From Squalus acanthias (Eukaryota), in assembly GCA_030390025.1 (NCBI GenBank), contig CM059432.1, positions 128,280,001-128,344,000 on the forward strand: DNA of 64,000 nt. Direction: 5' to 3'. The first letter of the stretch is position 1. Every line of letters begins with the position of its first letter. The notes below the pieces were generated by a model. The model had not been told where the DNA came from. It did no database searches and saw nothing but the letters and a program-made list of their open reading frames with translations. The position numbers and the translations under genes were made by a program. Below are positions 25,642 to 38,479 of this stretch, piece by piece.

Positions 25642-28152
25642 TTTTTATTCATTTATGGGATGTGGGCATCGCTGGCAAGGCCAGCATTTATTGCCCATCC
25701 CCAATTGCCCTTGAGAAGGTGGTGGGTGAGCTGCCTTCTTGAACCGCTGCAGTCCTTGTGGTGAAGGTACTCCCACAGTGCTGTTAGGGAGGGAGTTCCA
25801 GGATTTTGACCCAGCGACGGTGAAGGATCGGCGATATACTTCTAAGTCAGGATGGTGTGTGACTTGAAGGGGAATTTGGAGGTGGTGGTGTTCCCATGCA
25901 CCTGCTGCCCTTGTCTTTCTAGGTGGAAGAGGTCATGGGTTTGGGAAGTGCTGCCGAACAATCCTTGGCGAGTTGCTGCAGTGCATCTTGTAGATGGTAC
26001 ACACTGCAGCCATGGTACGCCGGTGGTGGAGGGAGTGAATGTTTAAGGTGGTGGATGGGGTGCCAATCAAGCGGGCTGCTTTGTCCTGGATGGTGTCGAG
26101 TTTCTTGAGTGTTGTTGGAGCTGCAGTCATCCAGGCAAGTGGAGAGTATTCCATCACACTCCTTACTTGTGCCTTGTAGATGGTGGAAAGGCTTTGGGGA
26201 TTGAGGAGGTGAGACACTCGCCGCAGAAGTCCAAGCCTCTGACCTGCTGTTGTTGCCACAGTATTTATGTGGCTGGTCCAGTTATGTTTCTGGTCAATGG
26301 TGACCCCCAGGATGCTGATGGTAGGGGATTCGGCGATGGTAATGCCATTGAATGTCAAGGGGAGGTGGTTAGACTCTCGCTTGTTGGAGATTGTCATTGC
26401 CTGGCACGTTTGTGGCATGAATGATACCTGCCACTTATCAGCCCAAGCCTGAACATCGTCCAGGTCTTGTTGCATGCTGGCATGGACTGCTTCATTATCT
26501 GAGGAGTTGCGAATGGCACTGAACACTGTGCAGTCATCAGTGAACATCCCCATTTTTGACCTTATGTTGGAGGGAAGGTAATTGATGAAGCAGCTAAATA
26601 TGGTTGGGCCTAGGACACTGCCCTGAGGAACTCCTGCAGCGATGTCCTGGGGCTGTGATGATTGACCTTCAACCACCACAACCATCTTCCTTTGTGCTCG
26701 GTATGAATCCAGCTAGGGGTGAGTTTTCCCCCTGATTCCCATTGACTTCAGTTTTACTCAGGCTCCTTGATGCCACACTCGGTCAAATACTGCCTTGATG
26801 TCAAGGGCAGTCACTCTCACCTCACCTCTGACATTCAGCTCCTTTGTCCATGTTTGGACCATGGCTGTAATGAGGTTGGGAAGCGAGTGGTCTTGGCGGA
26901 ACCCAAACTGGGCATCAGTGAGCAGGTTATTGGTGAGTAAGTGCCGCTTGATAGCACTGTCGGTGACACCTTCCATCACTTTGCTGATGATTGAGAGTAG
27001 ACTGATGGGGCAGCTATTGGCCGGATTGGATTTGTCCTGCTTTTTGTGGACAGGACATACCTGGGCAGGTTTCCACATTGTCGGATAGATGCTAGTGTTG
27101 TAACTGTACTGGAACAGCTTGGCTAGAGGCACGGCTAGTTCTGGAGCACAAGTCTTCAGCACGATAGCCGGGATGTTGTCGGGGCCCATAGCCTTTGTTG
27201 TGTCCAGCTGTTACTTGATATCACGTGAAGTGAATCGAATTGGCTAAAGACTGGCTTCTGCGATGGTGGGGACCTCAGGAGTAGGCCGATATGGACCATC
27301 CACTCGGCACTTCTGGCTTAAGATGGTTGTAAACACTTCAGCCTTGTCTTTTGCTCTCACGTGCTGAGCTCCACCATCATTGAGGATGGGGATATTCATG
27401 GAGCCGCCTCCTCCCGTTAGTTGCTCTGGACTTCAGAGCTTTGATCTAATCCGTTGATTGTGGGATTGCTTAGCCCTGTCTATAGCATGCTGCTTCCACT
27501 TTTTAGCATGCATGTAGTCCTGTGTTGCAGCTTCCCCTGGTTGGCACCTCATTTTTAGGCACGCCTGGTGCTGCTCCTTTTACACTCCTTATTGAACCAG
27601 GGTTGATCACCTGGCTTGACGGTAATGGTAGAGTGAGGGATATGCTGGGCTATGAGGTTGCAGATTGTGGTGGAATACAATTCTGCTGCTGCTGATGGCC
27701 CACAATACCTCATGGATGCTAGATCTGTTCGGTGGTAGTGCCACACAACACGATGGATGTCCTCAGTGTGAAGACGGGACTTCGTCTCCACAATGGCTGT
27801 GCGGTGGTCACTGCTACCAATACTGTCATGGACAGATGCATCTGCATCAGCTAGATTGGTGAGGATGAGCTCAAGTAGGTTTTTCCCTTGTGTTAGTTCT
27901 TTCACCACCTGTCGCAGGCCCAGTCTGGCAGCTATGGCCCCAACCCTTGCTACTGTCAATGCTTCTTCCAAGTGGTGTTCAACATGGAGGAGTACTGATT
28001 CATTAGCTGAGGGAGGGCGGTAGGTGGTAATGAGCAGGAGGCTTCCTTACCCATGCTTGACCTGGGGTGCGGAGTCAATGTTGAGGACTCCCAGCGCCAC
28101 TACTTCCTGACTGTATACCACTGTGCCACCACCCCTGGTGGGTCTGTCCTGC
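25642..28152 (-). mobile_element. CR1-group LINE 'family B' (endonuclease, RT and 3' tail) nested in CR1
   Basis: QDRPTRGGGTVVY, IGSSDHR, GPDNIP..LKTCAPEL, DIKAVFDRVWHQG and FTDD motifs; polyA-like tail at 25642. Confidence 0.92.
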
Positions 28153-28389
28153 CACATTGCTGTGGGTCTGGAGTCACATATAGGCCAGACCAGGTAAGGA
28201 CGGCAGATTTCCTTCCCTAAAGGACATTAGTGAACCAGATGGGTTTTTATGACAATCCGATCGTTTCATGATTACTAGCTTTTTATTCCAGATTTATTTA
28301 ATTAACTGCCGTGGTGGGATTCTCTGGAACATTAGTCCAGGCCTTCTGGATTACTAGCCCAGTGACATTACCACTATGCTACCGTTCCC
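28152..28389 (-). mobile_element. tRNA-derived SINE head and core fused to the 5' end of the family-B LINE
   Basis: A-box TAGCATAGTGG (28371-28381); core aaaacccatctggttcactaatgtcctttagggaagg matches the SINE at 62590-63000. Confidence 0.85.
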
Positions 28390-31300
28390 GGCAAGTCCCC
28401 GGGACCTGATGGCCTGCATCCTAGGGTCTTAAAAGTGGCTGCAGAGATAGTGGATGCATTGGTTGTAATCTTTCAAAATTCCCTTGATTCTGGAAAGGTC
28501 CCAGTGGATTGGAAAACCGCAAATGTAACGCCCCTATTCAAGAAAGGAGGGAGATCGAAAGCAGGAAACTATAGGCCGGTTAGCCTAACATCTGTCATTG
28601 GGAAAATGCTGGAATCCATTATTAAGGGAGTAGTAGCAGGACATTTAGAAAATCATAATACAATCAAGCAGAGTCAACATGGTTTTATGAAAGGGAAATC
28701 GTGTTTGACAAATTTATTAGAGTTCTTTGAGGATGTAACGAGCAGAGTGGATCAAGGGGAACCAGTAGATGTAGTGTATTTGGATTTCCAGAAGGCATTC
28801 GATAAGGTGCCACATAAAAGGTTACTGCATAAGATAAGAGCTCACAGTGTTGGGGGTAATATGTTAGCATGGATAGAGGATTGGCTAACTAACAGAAAAC
28901 AGAGAATCAGGATAAATGGGTCATTTTCAGGTTGGCAAACTGTAACTAGTGTGGTGTCACAAGGATCAGTGCTGGGGCCTCAACTATTTACAATCTATAT
29001 TAATGACTTGGATGAAGGGACCGAGTGTAATGTAGCCAAATTTGCTGACGATACAAAGATAGGTGGGAAAGCAAGTTGTGAGGAGGACACAAAGAGTCTG
29101 CAAAGGGATATAGATAGGTTAAGTGAGTGGGCAAAAATTTGTCAGATGGAGTATAATGTGGGAAAATGTGAGGTTATCCACTTTGGTAGGAAGAATAGCA
29201 AAGCAAAATATTTTTTAAATGGAGAGAGACTACAGAATGCTGCGGTACAGAGGGATATGGGTGTCCTCGTACACGAAACACAAAGTTAGCATGCAGGTAC
29301 AGCAAGTAATTAGGAAGGCAAATGGAATGTTGGCCTTTATTGCAAGGGGGATGGAGTATAAAAGTAGGGAAGTCTTGCGACAACTGTACAGGGCGCTGGT
29401 GAGACCACACCTGGAGTACTGCGTGCAGTTTTGGTCACCTTATTTAAGGAGGGATATACTTGGATTGGAGACTGTTCAGAGAAGGTTCACTAGGCTGATT
29501 CTTGAGATGAAAGGGTTGTCTTATGAGGAAAGGTTGAGCAGGTTGGGCCTATACTCATTGAGGTTTAGAAGAATGAGAGGTGATCTTATTGAAACATGTA
29601 AGATTCTGAGGGGGCTTGACAGGGTAGATGCTGAGAGGATGTTTCCCCTCGTGGGGGAATCTAGAACTAGGGGGCATGGTTTCAGGATAAGGGGTCGCCC
29701 TTTTAAGACAGAGATGAGGAGGAATTTCTTCTCTCAGAGGGATGTGAATCTTTGGAATTCTCTACCTCAGAGAGCTATGGAGGCTGAGTCAGTGAATATA
29801 TTCATGGCAGAAATAGACAGATTTTTGAGCTACAGGGGAGTCAAGGGTTATGGGGACAAGGCAGGAAAGTGGAGTTGAGGCCAAGATCAGATCAGCCATG
29901 ATCTTATTGAATGGTGGAGCAGGCTCGAGGGGCTGAATGGCCTTCTCCTGCTCCTATTTCTTATATTCTTATGGGTTTCCCCTCCTGCCACAGCTTCATG
30001 GCTTCCATTGTCTTGTGTCTTTTGCAGGTGCAGGCCTAAGTCTACATCTTTTGGATGTTCCAGTAATCCTGAATCAACGATCTCCTTAGTGCCTGTGAAC
30101 TGAGTATTATGTCAAGACCCACAACTTCTATGATAACATCATAAAATCATACAGTACAGAAAGAGGTCATTCAGCCCATCATGCCTGTGCCGGCTCTTTG
30201 AAAGAGCTATCCAATTAGTCCCACTCTCTTCCTCTTTCCCTTTCGCCCTGCAAATTATTCCTTTTCATGTATATATCTAATTCTTTTTTGAAAGTTACTA
30301 TTGATTCTGCACCCACCACTCCTTCAGACATTCCAGATCATAACAAATCACTACCTAAAAAAAATTCTCCTCATCTCCACTCTTGTTCTTTGCCAATTAT
30401 TTTTAAATGGCAAAAGTAGCCAGTATAGTTACTACAAGTATTATTTTCTAGTTGCCATCACTTGTGGTGCCAGTGTGGCTCAAGATTGATCTTGCCAGAT
30501 CCCTGCATGTTGTGCGTTGTGGGCAAATTTCTTTTCAGTGTTAACATACTACAGGTGGATGCATTTTAGTGTAGGTGCAATTCACTTGCGAATCAAGCTG
30601 AGAATGTACACTGAGCTCACCAATTTTTAAGACAAATTTTGAAAGTGGAATTTATCACAAAGAATGCAAAGATAATTATAGAGGAGGGAGGCCATTTGAT
30701 CCATCCAGCCAATCCTTCCATAGGAACCTACAATCCAATCATCAAAACATCTAACTGTCTCTTGAATGGCTCCAGTTTTTGCCTCCACTACCCTACACAC
30801 AACATCCAAGGTATTAATCACTCTTTAACTTGGAATACTGGTTAGGATTAATCTTTTCTATACCACTTAGTATCTTACATATATTTCTGTTTGCTCCCCT
30901 CTTGTATGCCTCCTTTCGAAGGCTGAAGAATCTAAGCTTTACTAACCTTTCCTCATAGCCCATCCTTTGATACTAGCTTTATGCTAGGTTTTATTTTAGT
31001 GCTATTTTTGGAAGGTTTTTTTGGAGAGTTTTACCCAAGTGTTTTGACTGTCAGATTTTTGGGTTACTGCAAGTACAAATTTGAAAATGGGGATCACTCT
31101 CTTTTTGCATTATTTTGAGGATAAAGAAGAGGGTGAAAGGAGGAATGTGAGGCAGGTCAGACTGCATCAGAGGTGGACTCCCCACACTCACTCTTGCCCA
31201 TGAAGCTGCACCTACACGCAGAGCCACACCTACCATGGAATGTCAGAGAAAAAACTCGTTTGCAAGTTCCACTTTGCCAGGTTGTCTCCTTGAAACTGAT

Positions 31301-31782
31301 GTCCAGCCATAGGGATGGCACTGCCAGTGATTGTGAAGGCCACTACCCTCAAATTTTACATGGCTGGCTCTTCCACTGCTGCCACAGGAGTCATCGGCAA
31401 TATCAGTCAATCTGCAGTTCACAGGTGCATCAAGCAGGTGACTGATGTGTTGCTCACCATGGCAAACAGTTTAATCACTTTCCCCATGGGCAGCCAGCAG
31501 CAGAATGAGAGGACAGTGTAATGTTTTCACACGGCATGATTCCCAAAAGCGAATGGTGGTATTGATGGTAGGCATGTGGCACTGTGGCTCCCTGCACACA
31601 ATCACATCACTTTCATGAACTAAAAGGCTTCTACTTCATCAGCGTGCAGGTCATCTGTGGCCACTGCTACTGCCACTTCCCTGAAAGCAGTTATGACAGT
31701 TTCATTTTAAGGTGGTCCACTGTGCCAGAATTATTTGAAGGAGAAGGCAGACAGTGAGTTGACCAAGAACCTCCACTTTGAC

Positions 31783-32505
31783 TAGGGTTGCCAACTCTGG
31801 TTGGACTTATTCCTGGAGTTTTCATCACATGACCTCCGACTTCCAACCGCCTGTCCAGTCAAACAGTCTTTTTCCCCCATCGCCAATATTTTTTAAACTA
31901 GTAAACAAAGTTGATAGAAGAAAATTTATAAAACACAATTTTTTTTAAAGCCCCTCTGATTTTATCCCAGGTTGCTCACTCTAGGAGAGTAATCTTTAGT
32001 CAGCCAGTGGCTCAGCTGGTAGCACTCTCACCTCTGAGTCAGAAGGTTGTTGGTTCAAGTCCCATTCCAGAGACTTGAGCACAAAAATTCTAAGCTGACA
32101 CTCCAATCCAGTACTGAGGGGGTGCTGCACTGTCGGAGGTGCCGTCTTTCGGATGAGACGTTAAACCGAGGCCCCGTCTACTCTCTCAGGTGGATGTAAA
32201 AGATTCCATGGCACTATTTCGAAGAAGAGCAGGGGAGTTATCCCTGGTGTCCTGGCCAATATTTAGCCCTCAACCAACATAACAAAAACAACAGATTATC
32301 TGGTTATTATCACATTGCTGTTTGTGGGAGCTTGCTGTGCACAAATTGGCTGCCCCGTTTCCTACATTACAACAGTGACTACACTTCAAAAGTACTTCAT
32401 TGGCTGTAAAGTGCTTTGGGACGTCCGGTAGTCGTGAAAGGCACTATATAAATGCAAAGTCTTTCTTTCTCACTCACGGACAATCCTGAAGGATTGGTAA
32501 CCCTA
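31783..32505. mobile_element. hAT-like MITE (hosts a Deu-SINE)
   Basis: TIRs TAGGGTTGCCAA / TTGGTAACCCTA; 8-bp flanks actttgac and tcttaaac (5/8 match). Confidence 0.65.
32000..32470 (+). mobile_element. Full-length Deu-domain tRNA-SINE (SacSINE1/AmnSINE1-like)
   Basis: A-box TGGCTCAGCTGG, B-box GGTTCAAGTCC, central gtgccgtctttcggatgagacgttaaaccgaggcccc domain, L2-like tail and (cttt)n end. Confidence 0.9.
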
Positions 32506-33389
32506 TCTTAAACCCCAACAAACAATCCATTCAAATAGCAACAAACAGCAGCTGAGCTAAGATGTTTCATGCAGCACCAGCATCACAATTGAGCATGGAC
32601 AGCACAGAGGCATCTTTCAAATACAGTCCTGCCAGGTTCTCCAACATCATTGTACTTAGGCATAAGCATGGAAGAGGACAGCTGAACACAGAGCAAGATG
32701 AAGACAAGGAGCTGGAAGAGATTCCTGCTGAATCTTTGCAGGGAGCAAAAACCATACAGTAGTTGCTCACTGACAAAACCTTTACCTAAATGCCCATCCA
32801 TCTAATGTATCAACAATCCTTCATGTGCACAATGCAGTGGCCAAAGGTACCCTCACTAATTCAGCTACCATAGATCCCATTCTTTTTATTTGTTATTACT
32901 TTATTCCACATCATCTCAATAAAACTCTTCCACAGTCAATATAAAGTGCAATCAAATTGTATTAATCTGTATACGAGCTCACTTTTTGCTGCTCCAGTGC
33001 TTTCCTTTGATGACAGTGTATGTGTTGTGCGCTTTAAAACTTAGCCTAATGTTCTCTCTGTCATCCCCAGTAGGAGGAGTATGTGAATGGTTGACTGCTG
33101 GGTGTCTGTGAAGCTTATTGGGACTTGGGTAGTCCTGTCTCCTTGTACTAGTCATGAGATGGCCCAGCAAATAGCTATGTCATATTCACTGCTGCATTGG
33201 CTGCCTGGTCATGCTTGCTTTCTGGCACATCTACTATCATTTGTGCAGGGTGGCTGCAGTAACCAGTAACTGAAGAAGGACAGCAGTTGGTTCCTGCTCC
33301 GCCTCTGGCACCACCACCTGCTTCTATTCACTTGCGCTATGTATATCGCCAGATGCATCCATTTCAAACTGAATAAATCACCCAAGGGT

Positions 33390-34420
33390 ACATGTACCTG
33401 TGCTTACTTAGAAATGGAGTGAGTCTCTGACTGCTTTCTCTTGTTATATGGCACTTTTTCCTGCAAGCAAAAACGCAGTCCTGAGACGTTGCAAGTTTGA
33501 AGAACAAGTGACTACCAAATGTCTACCCTTTATTTAAGCTTGTGTGTGACAATGTGAACATGCATCATGCAGGTTAGCTGTGTAGTAAGCTTGCTTTGTG
33601 GCATCACCTTTCCAAATGGTAATATAGCAATTCGAGTTTTAAATGGCAGTAATAAAGTGTTCCCTGCTGTAGTATGCATAATGTATGGAAGACTGGAAAG
33701 AACTATTTTCTGAGGCCTGAACAATCAGCCTCCAGGTGTAATAAGAAAGAAAGACTTACATTTATATAGCGTCTTTCACGACCACCGGATGTCTCAAAGC
33801 GCTTTACAGCCAATTAAGCACTTTTGGAGTGTAGTCACTGTAGTACTGTGGGAAACGGGGCAGCCAATTTGCGCACAGCAAGCTCCCACAAACAGCAATG
33901 TGATAATAACCAGATAATCTGTTGTTTTTGTTATGTTGGTTGAGGGCTAAATATTGGCCAGGACACCGGGGATAACTCCCCTGCTCTTCGAAATAGTGCC
34001 TTGGGATCTTTTACGTCCACCTGAGAGAGCAGACGGGGCCTCGGTTTAATGTCTTGTCCAAAAGACGGCACCTCCAACAGTGCAGCTCTCCCTCAGCACT
34101 GCACTGGAGTGTCAGCCTAGATTTATGTGTTGATGAGAAAAAAACCTTTAGTGGCCTGCATACTTCATCCATCTACTTAATCGAATGTGATGCTATCTAG
34201 CCTTATCTTAGAAAACTTCCTCAGGCTATTTACTTTTTTCCTCATTTGCCTCTGGAGACTGTATTTACTCTGGTAGCCACCTCCTGCATTTATTCTGTGA
34301 GAATGAGTGCCCTGAGATGCCAAAAGAGTGCACCCCACCAATGCTGCACTTCTTTGACAAGCACCTCTAATCATGTCCCAGAGAATGTCCCTTTTTACTG
34401 TCTTTTTTTCTGCCCAGCAA
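33390..34420 (-). pseudogene. Decayed Myb/SANT-like ORF of a Harbinger element
   Basis: KRDILW...RINAG...QMRKKVNSLRK, then after an acceptor ttgcAG (~33461) EKVPYNKRKQSET; convergent with the transposase relic. Confidence 0.5.
33743..34128 (-). mobile_element. Deu-SINE copy lacking the tRNA head
   Basis: Reverse complement of ~32085-32470. Confidence 0.9.
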
Positions 34421-37400
34421 TAATGAATCACCTCTTTAAATAACAGCTGTAACTGCATGCTATTTCCCACCCCATTGATAGTGAGCTCCTGCAGGACGAC
34501 CATATCTTGGCTGGGAACTTGCTATGAATAACTAACGAGGCTGATCTCAGGAAATCCCATGAGATCAGCTCAGCTCAATTTCGCTGATTTGAGATCTTCC
34601 CGCTTCAAAGCAAGAACCAGAAGATTTTCACTCATGTATGTGAGTACTAATCCACAGCAAGACCACCGCATCTTTTTTCCTATTTTCTGACCTAATCTTT
34701 GCTGTAAGACTTGAGGTAGGTTTGTAGTGTAGTCTGAAGCATTTACTGGCTCGACACCCAGTGTAAACTCTGGAAGGCAAATCGCTGTGATATTTTTCAG
34801 GAATAATTCTTTTTCCAGCTGATTCTCTGTGTTCTCTATAGACGTTTCCCAGTCTCCCGGGTGGAGGCTGGATTCAGCCTTTCCCACCTTTTTTCTACTT
34901 TCTCTGGTGTTGCTTGATGGCTCTGAAAACAATATCACATTTTGTCTCAGAACTTGAAGGATTTGATTCCTGATTACTTTGGTCTTTTTGATTAGAAGGC
35001 TAATAGTTTGGTGGGCTGTAGTCTTGGTTAATTAACTCTTTGTGTAACTAAAGTATTTTTGGCATGCAGTGTAGTTTTCCTTTAACTTTTCATCCTGTTG
35101 ACTATAAACTTAATGAACGTTAAGTTGGTATGCTTTAGTTTTTTTTTCCACACAAAAGCAAATCTCCCCTTCATCTAATCTGCTTTAAGTGTTGTATGAC
35201 CTCTGGGGATAAGGTTTGGAAAGTGGTCATGTTTTTAGGATGGCACACTGCATTAGTATGTCACTGTACTATGCCAAAGAGGGGTAGGATACAGATTGTC
35301 CCTTGTGGTTGCCTACATGACACGTTCCCAGTCTCGGTTGGGCAGTGTTTAGGGATGGGTACTGAGTAGAGCAACTTATAGAAAAAGAACGAACATTTAG
35401 TGAGATGGTTATCGCTGGCAATTTGCAGGCACCTCCTAATGGCTTATTACATAGCAATGCTGGCAAAGCCCCAGGAACAGGTTGCTTATCTGAGTTCTTA
35501 GCCAAATAATGATGTGTGATAGAGAATAAATTAAAATAAATGTGCATGTAGGGAGAAACTTTCATAAAATCACTTTTACGACTGTAGTATGTTTTTGTCA
35601 ATTTATTTCAAATCATTTCCCTTTCTAGATGCTTTGCATAGCTATAAATATACTGAGAAATGCATACTGGTATCATAAAATATTAATTCATATCTGTTAT
35701 AAACTTGATAATAGCTACCAGTATTTAGAATAGATCTCCAGAGATTATGTAAATTCAAACCTAGTTTATGTTAATGTAGAAAAGGTTATTTTCAGCAGAG
35801 CTGAAATTGCAAAAATCTGTAGATTGTCAGTGATCATGCAAGATATTCCTCTATAACAGGGCTGATCAGCAGTTAGCAGTAAAGATGTTAATCACAGTTT
35901 ACTCATTCAAATATATGCAAAATATTGTTCTCCTTTCCCATTTCCTCCTGTGCAATATAATAACGTTGTTGTTGTGCAAATTGGATATAACCACTCTTTG
36001 TTTTTTTTAAGAACTACTGTTTTCACACAAACCATTACATGGAATGTCTATAGAAAGCAATTCAATCTAGTAACCTTAGTAGTGAGACATAAAGGCCATA
36101 TAGGGAAATTACAAAACAGCAACAGCAGCGTGTTGCTATAACACTTCAACGCACCTCTTCCTGCTAGGGATACCATTAAAAGACACGCAACCATATACTC
36201 TGCAAAGCTCTTCCTGTTTATGTGACCACAGCAACGCTGAACAATTGTGATGTAGATTATTTCGAAGGCTGCATTAGCAGTGCTGGCATATATGTCTGTG
36301 TACTCGTACTTGAACTTATAAATGTGGTAGCGTTACAGAAGACAATCAACAGCCAGATGTTACAGAACACAAATGCATGCCTACATTCTGTATTCTTTGC
36401 ATTAAAGTGCAGTTGAAATTGTATCACAATCTGATTTTTGCTAGATGATATAATGGTAAATTTTTACAACTATGAATAACAATTGCAATCATTTAACACA
36501 CAAAAATAATGTATCCATAAGTTAAATTAATGCAGTCCCATTTAACATTTTTCACTTGCAATACACTACACCTGGGAAATGTGAATTAAGATCTCCTTCC
36601 ATTAATGACAACTGAATGGGGAAGTCCAGCTCAAAGAGTGAATATCACCATCCGCCCTTTTTAAAAATCAAGTAGTTACAAAGAATTATCATTAACTATA
36701 AAATCCTCTTCTTTATTTCTATCTTTCTGTTGGTTTTTGAGAACATTTTTGTATAAAACGCTGAGTGCTAATGTCATAATTGAGAGGAATTGGTTTGGTG
36801 AAGTTACTGAGCCAGAGTATATGAAGCCATTGAATTAACATCAATAGAGATATACAGGGCGAACTTGCCCTGCACCTGAATTGTGCTATTCAGACTCTGT
36901 AAAATGTTCTTTATTGGATATAAATTTTAGTTTGTGCATTGACTACACTACAATTACAGGAGTTTTAGGATTGGCACTCAAACCGGACATATAAGGATGA
37001 ATTTTGCAAAGCCCCATACTGCCGAAATAGCCTCACATACAACCGGTGCATATCCTAAACAGGTGGGTCCATTGCCTCCAATTTTCTATCCATTGAGATC
37101 AATGGACAGAACCTCTTTCCAATATCTGCAAAATTATAGACAAATATTTCATGTACTATACTTAAAGGAACCATAACAAATATTACATTGATGGAAATTC
37201 CAATCTGGCCAAATATTTTCATTAAATACCTGATACACCTACCATTCATTAAAGAAATAAAGACCCACAAGATAAAATGTTAACCAATTTTCTGACTGGA
37301 GTGAAGAACACAGACAGACAAAAAGTGAAAATGCCTTTTTACCTAATGAATATTTAATTACAAAAGATTACAAATTATATTAAATGTACTTAACTTCACA

Positions 37401-37478
37401 ACTACTTATATTTGCGAGAAAACGTCTTGCAGTTGAGCTTTGTCAGAATTATCAGCCCAAGGACCTTGTATAGATTTT

Positions 37479-37658
37479 GGCCTGAGATTCCATGAGGTTC
37501 ATTTGGTCTCCCAATGGAACTCCAGCTGGGGAACAGCAGAACTCTCAGGGAAACAGCATAAACAGCCATCTACGCCATTCCACCCGGGTTTCCACGAGTC
37601 TCCCGCCAGAGTTCTAGCTAGCGGGAGACCAGTAGAACCCTCATGGAATCTCACAGCC
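37479..37658. mobile_element. 180-bp foldback MITE
   Basis: Arms tgagattccatgagg-ttc..tggtctccc and gggagacca..gaaccctcatggaatctca are reverse complements. Confidence 0.7.
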
Positions 37659-38479
37659 TTGATCTCTAAGAGCAATGGCACTCAAACCAACTATCTCACT
37701 GGGCTGGCCAAAGGAGCTATGATTAGTAACAATCTTAAACTGCAGAGGAAGATGGCAGGTGATAGCCAGTAGTCAGGAAACTGAACTCAGAGTCAACATG
37801 CCTGTCAAACTGTGCCCAGTCAACTTGTATAGTGTGATACAATAATGCAATGTCCCTATGCAGTTGGTTGCACAGAATCAAATAATTTTTTTTCATATTC
37901 TCATCCCTTGGGCTGCTCCCTGTCTCAAGTCATGACGTGTCATGAAGGTGGGCAGTGCCTTACCTGTGTTGCCCATGTGTCCCATTTTCAGGTGCAAGAT
38001 CATTTTTTAAGATGGGAACATCGTGAAAGTGTGGCTTTCACTTTTGTCAGCTGTTATGCCCCTTGGATACTGGATGAACTTCTACAATCTCATTGGTGCC
38101 CACTTCTTCCCCATCTTCATTCTGCTTTTTAGACACAGCGATAATGGCTTTTTCAGAAGCATCAAGCATGGATTTCAATGAAGGCGAATTATCCGTAGAC
38201 ATGAAAATATGATTTACAAAAGTTTGATGTTGAAATTTGAACCATCTAAAGAAGTATTTGAAAGATTGGATCATAACACATTGAACTATATGTTTGCAAA
38301 CAAAATTTATGGAATGCAAATGAAAATGAACAATGAATATTTTGGTTTGGTTATAATCTGTAATTTTTATATCCAGATTGTAACTATGCCAATTACATTG
38401 GGGTGAATATTTTAAAAGAGTGAAGGGCAAGAATGATGTAAAGAAAGTCCTTTAGTTAGTCAAGAATCAGGGATTTGGC

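Larger units (their letters stand above)
20900..29973 (+). mobile_element. CR1 LINE (ORF1 zinc-finger/leucine-zipper plus SGNH esterase; ORF2 APE endonuclease plus RT), split by two insertions
   Basis: HICSKC..EELWLRVDELE across the LTR; VVHVGTND esterase motif; IMGDFN and GKSDHN endonuclease motifs; RT at 28435-29878; tail ttcttat repeats. Colinear with the 50472-55157 copy. Confidence 0.93.
31100..32780 (+). pseudogene. Decayed Harbinger (HARBI1-like DDE) transposase
   Basis: LPVIVKATTLKFYMAGS..AATGVIGNISQSAVHRCIKQVTDVL, then a G.IDG.HVAL-like segment; after the insertion, FHAA...KYSPARFSNIIV and an acidic tail. Contains stops and frameshifts. Confidence 0.78.

Noticed and set aside
32005..32070. 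tRNA-like A and B boxes
   Set aside because: SINE head continuing into the Deu domain, not a tRNA gene; the same applies at ~28370, ~44800 and ~62600.
34570..34938. 122-aa minus-strand ORF as a possible host exon
   Set aside because: No recognisable homology, no ATG start and no convincing splice pair.
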